The notes: a model not told the origin generated them from the letters alone. 64,000 bases of DNA from Octopus vulgaris (GCA_951406725.2 OX597822.1:50902001-50966000), one strand, 5' to 3'; shown: positions 12,101-25,192, numbered from the stretch's first letter. Made by a program: numbers and translations.

Positions 12101-12504
12101 GTGAAAGGTTTAGAGACAAACAATTTCCTCTCTGGCAAATCGCTCAAATTTTCAAGTTCCACTAGGAAAGGAAGGTGAGAATAGGGAGGCAAGTTTTGTC
12201 TCGTTAAGGTTTCAATAAGAGGTAGGTGAATGTTGCAAGGATGGTACGCGCGAATGACGGAACCACTTTGAGTATGATCCAGTAAATCGAAAAAAAAAAG
12301 GAAGAGAGAGAGTGCACTTTGCTCTCATGTGGTGTTTCCACGGATAAACCTAATCTTCTTCTACATTTTTGATATTCTTGGTGATACACGGTCCCTTTTG
12401 ATCGGAAACATATTTTCTCCTCTCTTTTTTCTCTTGCGAAAAGAAAAGCTCTACATTGTATTTTATCTCCTCTGTGTTCAGCCCTGTGTGGCTAATAAAG
12501 AACG
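9121..12504 (+). mobile_element. Degraded L1/Tx1-clade LINE ORF2 (APE + RT + C-terminal region) with 3' UTR and polyA signal
   Basis: CIGSINVYGLRS..LDIIAISET (APE start), KSPGLNGLRYEFY, NFRPITLLNVDFK, LINLDQSKAFDRVDH, SSYAEDVT (degenerate YADD), RSLAWQC. AATAAA at 12494, then (TATC)n. Many disablements. Confidence 0.9.
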
Positions 12505-12576
<72 letters not shown>

Positions 12577-12593
12577 CATCTATCTATCTATCT
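12505..12593. repeat. (TATC)n microsatellite
   Basis: Direct reading. Similar tracts at ~5548-5590, ~59447-59566 and ~60578-60676. Confidence 0.95.
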
Positions 12594-12678
12594 AGATTCA
12601 GATGAATATGGTACTTAAGTTGAGGCACCAAAATTTAGTACGGTATTATCCATACAATTTCAAAAAAAGGTGATTAAA

Positions 12679-13085
12679 ATCAAAGTAAGCAACAAGCATA
12701 TCCAGAGGTAATGCAGTACGATTGTTTCAAACAACTCCATTTAATTGAACAACGCAACCATTACATCAGTTTAAACACAGAGCAATCCTCAGCTGCGCAA
12801 AGATATAGAATTTCGTTAAATTAAAACAAATGAACACGTTAGTAAAGTTTCCAAGAAGTTAAGGAGTATAATCTCCAAAAAGTTAAGTAGATAGACAAAG
12901 AACATGCTGCACCCAGTTCAACTAATATGTGTATCCATTTTAATTTAATTAAATTCTATATCTTTGTACAGCTGACGATTGCTCTGCATTTAAATTGATG
13001 TGATGGTTTCATTGTTCAATTAAATGGAGTTGCGTAAAGTGATCTTACTGCATTAACTCTGGATATCCTTGTTGCATATTTTGAT
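12679..13085. repeat. Long imperfect inverted repeat (~165-bp arms, ~75-bp spacer), probably an inverted Penelope-like pLTR pair
   Basis: 12679-12844 aligns to the reverse complement of 12921-13085. Each arm carries a degenerate CTGAnGA...GAAA hammerhead-like core. Confidence 0.8.
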
Positions 13086-13106
13086 ATCTATCTATCTATC
13101 TAAGTA

Positions 13107-13155
<49 letters not shown>

Positions 13156-13245
13156 ATGTGTGTGTCTGTGTGTGTGCGTGTATGTATGTATGTAAATAAA
13201 TAAATATATATATATATTTATATATATATATATATATATATGTCT

Positions 13246-13285
<40 letters not shown>

Positions 13286-13423
13286 AGACATATATATGTT
13301 TATATATATATATTTACATATATATGTATGTATACATATGCATACATATATATATGCATAGTAATTTGGGGGAACACATACACATAAAAAATAAACAGAC
13401 ACAAGCACACACATATATCTGTA

Positions 13424-13510
13424 TACGATAGGTTTCTTTCAGGTTCCGCCTACTAAATCCACTCGCAAGGTGCCGCGCATTGAGACTGAACACGGAGCCC
13501 TGTGGTTGTG
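13424..13510 (-). mobile_element. SINE fragment (family of 39781-40182)
   Basis: The reverse complement matches ...CCTTGTGAGTGGATTTGGTAGACGGAAACTGAAAGAAGCC(T)GTCGTAT of the full copy. Confidence 0.7.
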
Positions 13511-13875
13511 AATCAATATACGCACCTCATGTAGACACGTTTATTAATATATGTGTGCACGTATATATCTATTCAACTTTATATGTATGCATATATCGAT
13601 GTGGCTATCTTGCCTTATGTGCTTGTATAGATATGTACGTTCACGCAATCGTAATATAAAACAATATATTTACTATATTGTATACTATATTGTACCACTA
13701 CTACTGCAACTGCGTCTGCTGCAACTCCCACAGCCACCGCTGCTGCTACTACTACTACTACTACTACTACTACTATTTACAGCATAAAACGAGTCCGATT
13801 TGTCCTACGTCAAATGCTACTTTAAGAATATTTAGCTAACATGGTAAATATCTGATTGGTACATATATATATATA

Positions 13876-13911
<36 letters not shown>

Positions 13912-14070
13912 TATATATACACACAAATATATATAGATACACACAAACACACACACATATATATATATATTTATATATATATAAAATGCATGCAAAATTT
14001 ACATTTTACGTCAGATTTAAAATATTATTTGCGGTATGCAATTGTAAGTATGTATATATATGTAACATAG

Positions 14071-14138
<68 letters not shown>

Positions 14139-14301
14139 GTATACATAGATATACATACATAAACACATGTGTATATATATATACATATATATATATATGT
14201 ATATATATATATATGTATATATATGTATATATATATATATGTGTATATATATATATATATGTATATATGTGTGTATGTGTGTATGTATGTATATATGTAT
14301 G

Positions 14302-14333
<32 letters not shown>

Positions 14334-15895
14334 AATATTTCTGGTATTCCTGCTGAATTTTTTTTATATATTCCTCTCGCATACAACTTCTCGTATCAAT
14401 CAAATTTAATCAGTTATCTTTGTGTATGTTAAGACTAATGCTCATCATGATGATGTATGGTTCTTTGATCATTCTAGTCAGCATTTACGTGTGATGGATT
14501 ACTTGCAGCAAAATATATCAGTATTAGTAACTTGACCATCAATCAATAGTTATCTCCATTCTCAGCTCAACCTCTGTAAGCGATTTAACAATAGATAGAG
14601 ATGGCGGCATTCCAACTGTATATAAGAGGAAATACATCATGATTTATTTTCTTTTCTTTACTGAAATTCTTTAATATTTATTTTTCAAGATAATTTGCTT
14701 CAAAGTAATCCTTAACAGGAAATCTTTGTCAACATCGAAAAAAATTATTGTAGAAAAATATAGTCGTAAAGTAACAGAGTAGAATTGAAAAATATTAAAT
14801 TCAACAGTGGGAGTAGTACAGTAAAATATATATCCAAAAATAATTATAAATAAATGTATTTCATAAATACACTTGAAAATGATTTCAGGTTATCTGCTGT
14901 GACAGGAAATATGATTTACTGTTTGATATGCAAAATCTAATAGGATGACTACTCAATAAAAAATAACTACTCAATCACAACACATAAAAAATTTATTCAT
15001 TCACATAAAACATCGAATTTCCAAATGGTAACTGCAGAAAAAGTTTGCAGAAATGCACAACAATAAAAAAATAAAATGACTTTTAAACATGATAAATCAG
15101 TGATTCAATTGACAATGTTTAAATACAAGGATGTCCTGCTGCATACTTAGTTGTACAGAAAGAAAAATGTTATATGCTATTATAAAACTTCTTTTAGTTG
15201 CACTGCATTTTATGTAAACTACCAAAATTTTGCTTTTAATGTAAAAAGTCCTATTACCTTTCCAATAAAGTATAGTGAGGATTGATATGCATTTTTATGT
15301 GAAATGTAGCACATTAGAAGGCGAAAACTTAAGCTTGCTGACGTTGGAACAGTTTTCAATAATAACAATAATAAAAATAACAATGATAACAATAATAATA
15401 ATAATAATAATAATAATAAGAAGAAGAAGAAGAAGAAGAATAAGAATAATAATAATAATAATAACAATAACAATAATAATAATAAGAAGAAGAAGAATAA
15501 CAATAGCAACAATAGCAATATCAACAATAACAATACTCATAATAGTCCCATATCATACACAAGTCATCATCAATTCAATAATACAAGCTAAACAAAACAA
15601 TCCTCAGCATTAGACATTTTATAGACAGCAAATATCCAATAAAATATACAAGCACCGCAACATCTTCTCAACAGACAGGATACCCAACATAAAAAAACAC
15701 AACTCGCATAATACAAGAAAAGAGTGCAACCAGATCCCATTGCAAAAGAAACTGACACAATAAAATACTGGGAAGTGTGTGCAATTCCCCAAGAACAAAA
15801 AAAGAACAGAGAATGCTGTAAGTACTCCAGCAATAAAGAAAATGTAGCTGCTCACGATGTAGTAGAAATTGACTGAATGTTGAATAATAATAATA

Positions 15896-16011
<116 letters not shown>

Positions 16012-16051
16012 CATTACTATTTTTATTCTTATTATCATTATTGTTATTATT

Positions 16052-19036
16052 TGAGAAATGCGAAAGGAACAAGCATGAATAGAAATGCGAAGGGAACAGG
16101 CCCAAAATGAAATGCGAAGAAAACAGGCCAAATTTAGAAATGCGAAGAGGTCAGGCCTAACTAAGAAATACAAAGGGAACAGCCCCAACTTATGGGTAGT
16201 AAGAGCTCTTCTTACTCCTTCGCCAAACCAACAAGAGAAATGTGAGGAAATAACCAGTGCTCCGAGTTGGCTATACTCGTTAGCCTTGGTTGACAAGCAG
16301 CTTAAGAGAAAGAATACTCTGTGTCCAAAACCAGGAGAGCTAGGACCCTGCCGCATTGGCGGTCTACCTTAACATCAAAACACACCTCATTTGTGAGTGA
16401 AAATGCTAAGTAAAATAAATGAGTAAATGACGATAATGGTGTGAACGGGACTGGAACCAATGGTGAAAGTGCCGCACCCGGCAGGTTGCTACTGTGCAAC
16501 AGGGCGGGCCCGGTCTTAATCCAGTAACTACTAGCTATGCTACATGAGATAGGTAAAGAAAGTAAGTAAATTTGATGGTTATGAAGTGATACATACGAAT
16601 GACTTGCCTGTGAGAGGGTGTGGAAGACGAATGCACAGTGAATGAAAGTCAATGGAACTATTTGAAACTACTGCAAGAGCAGTATGAAAGACGGGATGGT
16701 TAGCAGAATTGCAGGTGGAAGCTATCACAAGAAGGATATCGGGTGATATGGGGCATGCGAGAAATGAAAGTGGTATAGTGGAAGAGATGGACTTATGTTC
16801 GCAAGAGTATAATACCGTGAATTGTGAAAGAATTGAGATCAGTGACTACTCAAATAATGGAGATCAGTGACTACTCAAATAATGGAGATCGATTAATAAT
16901 AGACTGAATTTTGGAACTATTAAACACAGAAGGGACAAAATATTTGTGCAACTTTAAAAAGGTTAAACAATAGAGACTAAATCAAGAGACGACTAAAGTC
17001 AATATGATACTGAGACATATTGAAACAAAGAATATCACACAAACAAATACTCTTATCAACACTGCTATTATTAGCATTGTGGCGGAAAGGATGGCATTGA
17101 GAACTACTGAGAATAGAACCTCGACTGATAGAAGCCGAAACAAACGACCGTGGTGGAAAAGGAGAATTTCTGAAGATATAAACTCGTTGAACAGTGTAGT
17201 GTCAATAGTTGTCTGGGAAAGAAATAGAGAACTTAAGTATTAATGTTACTTCGAAAAGGTTAGGAAGAATTATGCTGTACATACAAAAGACCTGAATGTT
17301 GAAGGACTGAAGCTGCGCATACATGCAAAAAGAAAAAAAACAACAACAACAACAAAGCTAACTAGGTTTGAACAACGGATTAATCTATACTAGAAAAGCA
17401 AATTGCTTAGAAACGACCAAAAACATTTTATCAAGTTATTAATGATGATAAAATGCGTGAAAGATTAGTATCTTATGCTGATGAAAGTCGACATTTTGGG
17501 GGCAAAGTATAGAGTAAGCACTAACAACATAATACTACAGCTGAATGGATCTGTGGCCTAAAGCAAACAGCTTCTTATCTCTAGGAAGAGTCTGTCCACT
17601 TCAGAGAAGACAGTGTCAGAAATATGAGTAAAATGATAAACAATTGGAAAGCAGCAGGATCTGATGGTGTACTGGGATTTGGGATAAAAGAGTTCAATAG
17701 TTGCAATAAATTGATCGCAGAACCATTTAATGCATTGATAAATGCAGAAGATGAAATCCCTGGCTGGTTGAAAGGTGTTGATGAAAGGTGTTGAGTATGA
17801 TGGATGCATCAAAGAGAAATGTTGCTGACAATTACAAGTCGATTTCCAGCCTCACATTAATGTGGGGGTTACTGTCAGGAGGAATTGCAGAAGGCTGTAT
17901 AAATTTCCTGATGAGAACGAGATATTACCGCCGGAACAAAAAATACTGAAGAAGGAGATGCAGAGGCACCATAGATCAACTATTGATAGACAAAATGGTA
18001 TTGCAAGATTGTTTAACGAAGGAGAACAAATCTGGAAATGGCCTAGATTAGCTATTGCAACGCTTAAGATATGAGTCAACATTCGTGGATCAGCGAGTGT
18101 TTAGATATGTTTGGAATAGCGAGGAATATAACGTGTTTCATGAAGAGAGGTATGTTAGGATGCAAAACTGAACACTGAAAACTTACGGAACAAAGCATTT
18201 CGTTCTCTGCATAACACACCTGATATTGGCACTCGGGCAAATGAACCTGAAGTACCAACTAAAGGAGAAAACCCAAATAACCAGCCAGCCCCTCTTCATG
18301 ATCATTTGAAACTGTAATGAGCAGAGGAAACATACGTGAGTTGCATGATGAATACGGTTTAATATGATAGTACTGGTATTAGAATGGAATTTGGACTCAA
18401 GAAGTGCGGAGTAATCTACCAAAGAAGAGGCAAGGTACAGTTTGTAGCAGGGATGGAATTACCGAATAGAGACTCGATTAAACAAATTGAAACGGAAGGC
18501 TAGAAATACGTTGGTGCATTTGTGCAACGAGATAATGGAAAAGCAATTGAAAGTGCAATTGAGATGGTTTATTTCCGAAGACTGAATTTGGTGCTGCACT
18601 CAAAATTGACTAGATGGAATAAAATCCAAGCAGTAAATTCGTGGGCCGCCCCAGTTATAAGTTACAGCAGCAATATCCTTAACATGACGCTAAATGAACT
18701 AACTAAAATAGATAGGAAAACAAGAAAAATAATGACAGGATCTAGAATGCATCACCCAAAATCTGACATAGAGAGGCTATATATACAACGTATAGAAGGT
18801 AGTAGAGGCCTTATACAGCTGTAAAACTACTATAAAATAAGCACCATAGGACTGCAAAAATACCTACTTCAGAAGCAAGGAAAACTGATACTACTAGGCA
18901 CTGCACACATCCTACGCAGAACACTGTCAATACAGTAACCATCAGAGCATCACAACAAATCACACCACATACACAAAGCACACAGAGCTACGCTCGGTAG
19001 TGAAGTAAAAGCACGTTATAAAAATAAAACTACTGA
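16052..19036 (+). mobile_element. Degraded, internally deleted and probably chimeric Dong/R4-type (RT-RLE) retrotransposon ending in (TAA)n
   Basis: PWWKRRI (~17150), NWKAAGSDG (~17640), FGLKKCG (~18390), RMHHPKSDIERLYI, LLGTAHILRRTLSIQ* (to ~18938). The 3' UTR runs into (AAT)n at 19037. Confidence 0.85.
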
Positions 19037-19039
19037 ATG

Positions 19040-19157
<118 letters not shown>

Positions 19158-19184
19158 TAATAATAATGATAATAGTAATAATAA

Positions 19185-19615
19185 TGAGAGAGTGTTATAG
19201 AAAAGTTGGACTAATATTGAACCCTGAACTTAATGTTAAAAATACGATAAACCAGTCAGAAATTACAGCCCCAAAACAATAAAATGGCGGATAAGTGAAT
19301 TGTGAAACCGAGATAGAAGAAATAGAAAGCTGCTTATCGAAGACACCATTCCAGAGAGACGCAGACAATGTATATCTACCCCGCCCAGAAGGAGGTTGTG
19401 GCCTGATACAGATAAAGAACAACTATAAAATAGCAATATGTGGACAATGAAACAGTGGAAGACTACTGCATGTAATAATGCAACCTAAGCAAAAGGAAAC
19501 GCTTTTCTCTATACACAAGGAGGCGGCAAAATACAAAGTAGAAACAAGCTGCATTGATATACTCACGTCAGAGGACAAGCAGAAATGGTCAAAGAGACAA
19601 GAAACAAAATAAAAA
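19185..19615 (+). mobile_element. Dong/R4 fragment
   Basis: ECYRKVGLILNPELNVKNTIN and ADNVYLPRPEGGCGL are homologous to the 52.7-55.2 kb copy. Starts directly after (AAT)n. Confidence 0.75.
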
Positions 19616-19670
19616 CAGAATTTTCATTATTTACATTTGACAGATTATTGTCCTCATAATGTTTGTAGTT

Positions 19671-19716
19671 AACACAACGTTTCAACTGAAATACGCTTCA
19701 CCCTTCATCAGGTGTC
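19671..19716 (-). ncRNA. Minimal type-I hammerhead ribozyme motif (Penelope-type; stem II decayed)
   Basis: GACAC CUGAUGA A GGGUG-loop-CAGUU GAAA CG UU GUGUU. Stem I has 5 pairs, the core is intact, and palindromic AACGUU replaces stem III. Confidence 0.7.
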
Positions 19717-19797
19717 TTGGGGAAATTTTTAACCTGGGTTCTCATTCCTGAGGTATTTTTCGATGTTGTTGTTGTTGTTGTTGTTGTTGTTCTTCTT

Positions 19798-19895
<98 letters not shown>

Positions 19896-19904
19896 CAATG
19901 ATAC

Positions 19905-19952
<48 letters not shown>

Positions 19953-19994
19953 CAATGATACTATTATTATTATTTTCATTATTATTATTATTAT

Positions 19995-20165
19995 TGAGTG
20001 AGAGATCAGTTCATGCCATCAAAGTGACACTGGGGTAAAATATACCAAGCCCAATATACCCATCATGACTACCCGTCTGATAAAGGTACACCAGGCACAT
20101 GCATCACAACCATATGTGCGCGACATGGTGATCTCATATCAAGATAAACAGCACATGACCTTGCT
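19995..20165 (-). mobile_element. 5'-truncated copy of non-coding repeat family X inserted in (AAT)n
   Basis: The reverse complement aligns with 55658-55826. Flanked by (AAT)n on both sides on its own strand. Confidence 0.85.
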
Positions 20166-20167
20166 TA

Positions 20168-20262
<95 letters not shown>

Positions 20263-20329
20263 CTCATTGCCTGGAATCGAACTCGGAATCTTGGGGTTCG
20301 TAGGCCTCACGCTTAACCACAGCTACCAC

Positions 20330-20413
20330 GGGCATATCGCGTAGTGGTTAAGGGCGCGGGCTACTAACCACAATATACTTTGTTCGATTCCAGTCAGTAA
20401 CCTGAATAATAAT

Positions 20414-20463
<50 letters not shown>

Positions 20464-20569
20464 GAAGAAGAAGAAGAAGAAGAAGAAGAAGAAGAAGAAG
20501 AAGAAGAAGAAGAAAAAGAAGAAGAATGATGATGATGATAACAGCATCGAAAAATACCTTAGGAATGAG
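20330..20569 (+). mobile_element. Inverted, 3'-truncated second copy of the tRNA-headed element
   Basis: GGGCATATCGCGTAGTGGTTAAG (A box), GTTCGATTCC (B box), microsatellites, then CATCGAAAAATACCTTAGGAATGAG matching the reverse complement of 19741-19765. Confidence 0.75.
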
Positions 20570-20571
20570 TG

Positions 20572-20775
20572 TGTAGTGTAGGAGGGGTGAACGCTACATA
20601 GACGTATGTGTCATGGAGAGAGACACGTGGGGCGGCCAAATCATCATGGTTCAAGGTGCTATAGACCTGAATCAAAGAACTGCGCCCCATGTGTTCAAAA
20701 ATGTTAGTGCAGGCAAAGGGAATGGCATCACACCTCAGCGCTACGTTGACCAAATCCTACGACATCACATGATCA
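20572..20775 (+). pseudogene. Tc1-family transposase fragment (catalytic domain region)
   Basis: Manual translation: RRGERYIDVCVMERDTWGGQIIMVQGAI...GITPQRYVDQILRHHMI. This resembles the Tc1 pattern RRRGERY...GGSVMVWG...TAQRYRDEIL. Confidence 0.75.
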
Positions 20776-21445
20776 CAAACATATGAATATGTAGAATACA
20801 TACATACAAAGATCCACACAAACATATATATATAGCTGATGTCAGTGTGTATGTGTATTTGTGTGTGTCCCTCTGTCTACCTGTGTGTGCATGTTTGATT
20901 ATGTCAATGGTTATGTGTTTGTGAGACCACATACAAATCCATGCACATACATGCACTCAAACATGCACACAAATACACACACACATACAAATGCACAATC
21001 ATAGATACACAAACGCAGGAATATGCAGAATACATACAAAGGCACACATAATATATATATATATATAGGGAAAGATGCGTACATGTACACATGCATACAT
21101 ACATGCATACACACAAACGTATATCCCCAAATACCTACATGCACACGCACACATACATGTCTATACACATGCACACTGAAACATATATATATATATATAT
21201 GAACACACACAAACACAAATATATACATACATATGTGCATACAAATGCACACTGACAAAAACACAAACAAACAAAAGGACCGCAACTCCGATAATGGACA
21301 GTCAACGACTATTGAAGAGTCTGCAAGAAACAATGAAAATCCTAGAAGACAATAAATAAGTAAATGATTGGAAATCGAACCGATCGAACCGGTGACCGTT
21401 AATTATTTGAGGCATTAAACAGAATGACTACCTCCAGACATAATA

Positions 21446-21551
<106 letters not shown>

Positions 21552-21558
21552 TAATAAT

Positions 21559-21953
21559 ACCAGGCAGTGGCTCTCATGGCTTCTGATCTTAACTGATTGG
21601 AAGTGTTATCATGTACATTGTTTTGTCTTGGTATAAAAGATGGGTACAGCAAATATTCTGCTCAATACCACAGATTTGCTTGTCAGTTGTTTGACCTTAA
21701 CCAGTTGAGTATGTCCCTTAGTGGCTGACGATATGTGCATCTCTGATCACGAGCAGAAGTAGTGGGGGAGCATCATAGCCATGTGTTGAGAAGGATTCTT
21801 TGGGGTTTGAATAATTCACCTATGGAAACATGGGTGTTTCGTTCAACGTCCTTAAACAACCCTTATTCAGGGACCTTTTGAGCGGGATGGGTTACTCGAT
21901 CTGAAGAAAATTCTAACTGGGCTCCACCTGCAAGGTCATGTGCTGTTTATCTT
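21559..21953 (+). mobile_element. Non-coding repeat family X copy following (AAT)n
   Basis: Aligns with 55337-55680 (ACCAGGCAGTGGCTCTCATGGCTTCTGA...GCAAGGTCAT..TGTTTATCTT). Confidence 0.85.
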
Positions 21954-22217
21954 TCTTTCTCTCTCCGTTTCTAAAAAGAGACAAATATCCGAAATCTTAT
22001 AATTCTAATTTGTCCTTACGCCGTCAACTGCATTCCACTCACGGCCATTATTGTAACATCTTTTTGTCCTGACATTGTGCATCACTCGTCTCCTTGGAAT
22101 CTACAGTTGCTCTTTAAATAACAGGATCAGAGGTTATGAATTTCAGAGTTATTTTCAGGCTTATACTCTGAGTTAGGTTAGAGGAGAGTAGAAATGGAAT
22201 GTTTGTTTTATTTTACT

Positions 22218-22307
22218 TTATTTATTTACATTATTTACATAGTCTTCTTCACATAGATAATCTTATTTATTTACATTATTTACATAGTCTTCTTCACATA
22301 GATAATC
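22218..22307. repeat. 45-bp perfect tandem duplication
   Basis: TTATTTATTTACATTATTTACATAGTCTTCTTCACATAGATAATC occurs twice. Confidence 0.9.
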
Positions 22308-22437
22308 TCTCTGGCCATGTGTCACCTCTCCCGATTTATATTTTAAGATTTCTCGTTTATAATATATTCAGTCGTGTTTATAAATATCCGAAAACTGATG
22401 TACTGAAAGCAAGCTTAAACTATTAAGTATTTCTTAC

Positions 22438-22656
22438 CTTCACAATCCAGCTAATGGTATATACAGAACCATGGCCGCAACATTAGTGATGAGCTCCCCT
22501 TGCAAGCTGAAACCCATAGTATACAAAGAAAGTGCATCATATTGTTTAACCTTCATCTTCAGACACAAACTACTTCACCTCTAAAAATGATTCCCATTCT
22601 ACCAAACTCAAGTGAAGCTCCCACCATAATATTGAATTATCAACGGTGGCGTTCCA
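22438..22656 (-). other. Candidate non-coding exon (219 nt)
   Basis: Minus-strand acceptor TATCTTTTAG| and strong donor AAG|GTAAGA bound non-repetitive sequence. No frame is open throughout. Confidence 0.3.
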
Positions 22657-22894
22657 CTAAAAGATATGTAAGACTGATGTCTAAATACCTTTGTATTGAA
22701 TTATATAATCATTTGAGTAAATTGTATAATGACATGAGTAAATTAGAATTCATTTTGTTACGTGGAAAATATCTCTTAATAAATATATAGGGAAAAATAT
22801 ATCATATTTCAAATAATTCTATGTTTTCTATTATTCTGTGAATTACAGAAGGCATACCAAGACAGGTTTTAATATTATAAAACCGTCTAAGTTG

Positions 22895-23035
22895 GCTTCT
22901 TTACGTTCTGAGTTCAAATTCTAGCCGATGTCAAATTTGCCCTTCGTCATTTAGGGGTTGATAAAGTTAGTACCAGTTGACTACTGGTGTCAATTTATTC
23001 CCTCCCGTGAAATTGCTGGCCTTGTGCCAAAATTC
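22895..23035 (+). mobile_element. Degraded tRNA-derived SINE (Meta-domain-like central part)
   Basis: B box GAGTTCAAATT, then TTTGCCCTTCGTCATTTAGGGGTTGATAAAGTTAGTACCAG and GAAATTGCTGGCCTTGTGCCAAAA. Confidence 0.65.
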
Positions 23036-23549
23036 TAATGAGGTAATCAGCACCATTATTCTGCTCGCGTTGGATGGAAAATGTAGCATACTTTTCATAG
23101 ACATAATCTGAAGAAAACTTATCTTTATTATTTAATGCAATTGGATAAACAAATTAGAGACATCTATGCCGCGGAGAAAACAATTAAAAATAAAATCGGT
23201 ATCAACAGCCTGATTAACATGCCGTCTCTCATAGAATCCCTTTCAAATTCTATCTCGCACATTGAAATCGCTCAAATTTTCAAGCTTTCTCTACAATGCA
23301 ATATTCTCAGTGGAAGAAGCTTTGTGTAACTGTATCCCAAGCAGTATTTCACCCAGTCATCATCAACTTCTACGTTCTTATAATGTCTGATCCCATTTGA
23401 CAACACACTATACATTGTTGTAGTCTTCTATCGGAATTCTATCCGTAAGGGAATTCTATCCCTTTCATTTTCTGCTCTCGTTGTTTTGCAATTGTCCAAG
23501 ATTCACCTTAACAACATTTATTTTACTTGTCTCGGAATGACTGCGGAGA

Positions 23550-24960
23550 GACAAAAAATGTAGTGACTATGCTCGGAGAAATAAAGAATCAATGCAAAGA
23601 CAAACAAAGAAATAAATATTTACATCGGATAAAAAATAGCTAAACAAAACAAAATGTTTATGAATTGTGAGTGAAAGGAAAATTCAGTCAGCGTCTGGAC
23701 TGTGTGAAAGAATAAGTAAATGAAGCGCCAGACACGTCTGAATAAAATCAATATTGCTTAGATATTTGAAATAAAAACGAAAACAAAAAACTGATACGTG
23801 AAATAGATCAGAGTGTCTTCGGAAAATTTATATTTGAATTCTGAAATACCAAAGAGTAACGGACTAAGTGAAAGAAAATCAAACTTAGAGATAAGCATAA
23901 TAATAGATTACAACGAACAGAAGGATTCTTGTATAAACACATTCACTATTAGATATTCGCTCTAGAAGATAACTTACAAATTATATAAGGCAACCTGAGT
24001 ATTCACACACAGGTCCATTGTATCGCGAATACTACTGAATAGATAATGTCAAGAATATGCGTATAGCTTCATAAAAAAAGGAAAGCGTAATCTCTGAATC
24101 GGATAATCATATCAGAATTTCATTAAAACATAATAAGGATTTAGGTCAGTAAAGCCGTTTTGACTCACTAAATATAGCACAAAGAATATAAACTGGAGAA
24201 GTGTACCTGTTAATATTATTTTTGGGGGAAGTCATAAGGATCATATACACATATTTGCAACAAGGAAAATCAGCAGCAAATTCATAGAGGCAGAAATAAA
24301 ACAACGACAATAAGAAAGGAAAATGAAAACGTGAAAGGATGAAGTATACAGTATCATATTTTCAAGCTGAAACTGATAGCGGGGGAATATATAGAAAGAA
24401 GATGAAAAGTTAATCATAAAACCTTTTTTCATAAAAGAATAAAAGAAAAGAGAGAAGGAAAAATTGTAATAAAAGCCAAAAGAATGATGTCAATAGGGAA
24501 AGTTGATAAATATTTCAAACATATCAAAGGTGTAACCTGATGCAGCATGAGGAATGATATATGGAAAGGTCAGAAGACTATCTCGATTCTGTGTAGATGA
24601 CAATTTAGAGCAACAACAAATAAATATTATTAAAAAATATGTTAATACGCTTTAGGATTTTTCCCAAAGACCAGATCATGCAACAGAATCCCAAGTAACA
24701 TATATTACGATGATAAACAACAAAATGTGTGGGTGAATAAAGTATTCCCTATGACAACTAAGCAGAAGCAAATGGAAAAAAGACAAAAAATATGAATAAT
24801 TTACTGCTATTGGCTGGATTATTGAAATAAATCCTAGACATGTGAATGCAATTTATATTGGGTGTCCACAGAATCTGCGGGAGAAACATCAAAATCTCCA
24901 AGAATTAGCTAAAGGTGGACACTGAGATAAACAAATACAAAATTATATAACACAGTTGTG
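23550..24960 (+). mobile_element. Highly decayed Dong/R4-like remnant
   Basis: A-rich strand bias and weak RLE-like remnants near 24650-24800 (DF..., KQMEK...KY). Boundaries are approximate. Confidence 0.35.
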
Positions 24961-25192
24961 GCAAGCTTATGAATTGCTCACTATTTCTGTACAAATTGCT
25001 TGAGGTGTAAAATTTGTTATGAAATATGAAGCCTTGACACGGTTCATATGATGTTCGTAAAACTGCATATCAATAGCAATAGAACTACCACCACCACTAC
25101 CACTACTGCTACTACTAATACTTCAACAACTACTACTGTTGCTGCTGCTACTGCTGCTACTGTTGCTGGTGCCCTGCTGCTTCCACTACTAT

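Larger units (their letters stand above)
19615..20325 (-). mobile_element. tRNA-headed non-coding retroelement with minimal hammerhead in its 3' part (interrupted by microsatellites and an insertion at 19995-20165)
   Basis: Minus strand: GTGGTTAAG...GAGTTCGATTCC head (20258-20325), then (AAT)/(AAG)/(AAC)n, then CATCGAAAAATACCTCAGGAATGAG, then GACAC-CTGATGA...GAAACGTT-GTGTT. Confidence 0.7.

Noticed and set aside
16055-16150. Four GAAATGCGAA repeats with ~17-nt intervals, superficially CRISPR-like
   Set aside because: The intervals are themselves similar (a degenerate 27-bp tandem unit), the context is eukaryotic and there are no cas genes.
20258-20405. tRNA gene call for the A/B-box segments (also 35960-36033 and 39781-39850)
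   Set aside because: No complete cloverleaf or acceptor stem, and each continues into repeat-family sequence. They are treated as SINE-type heads.
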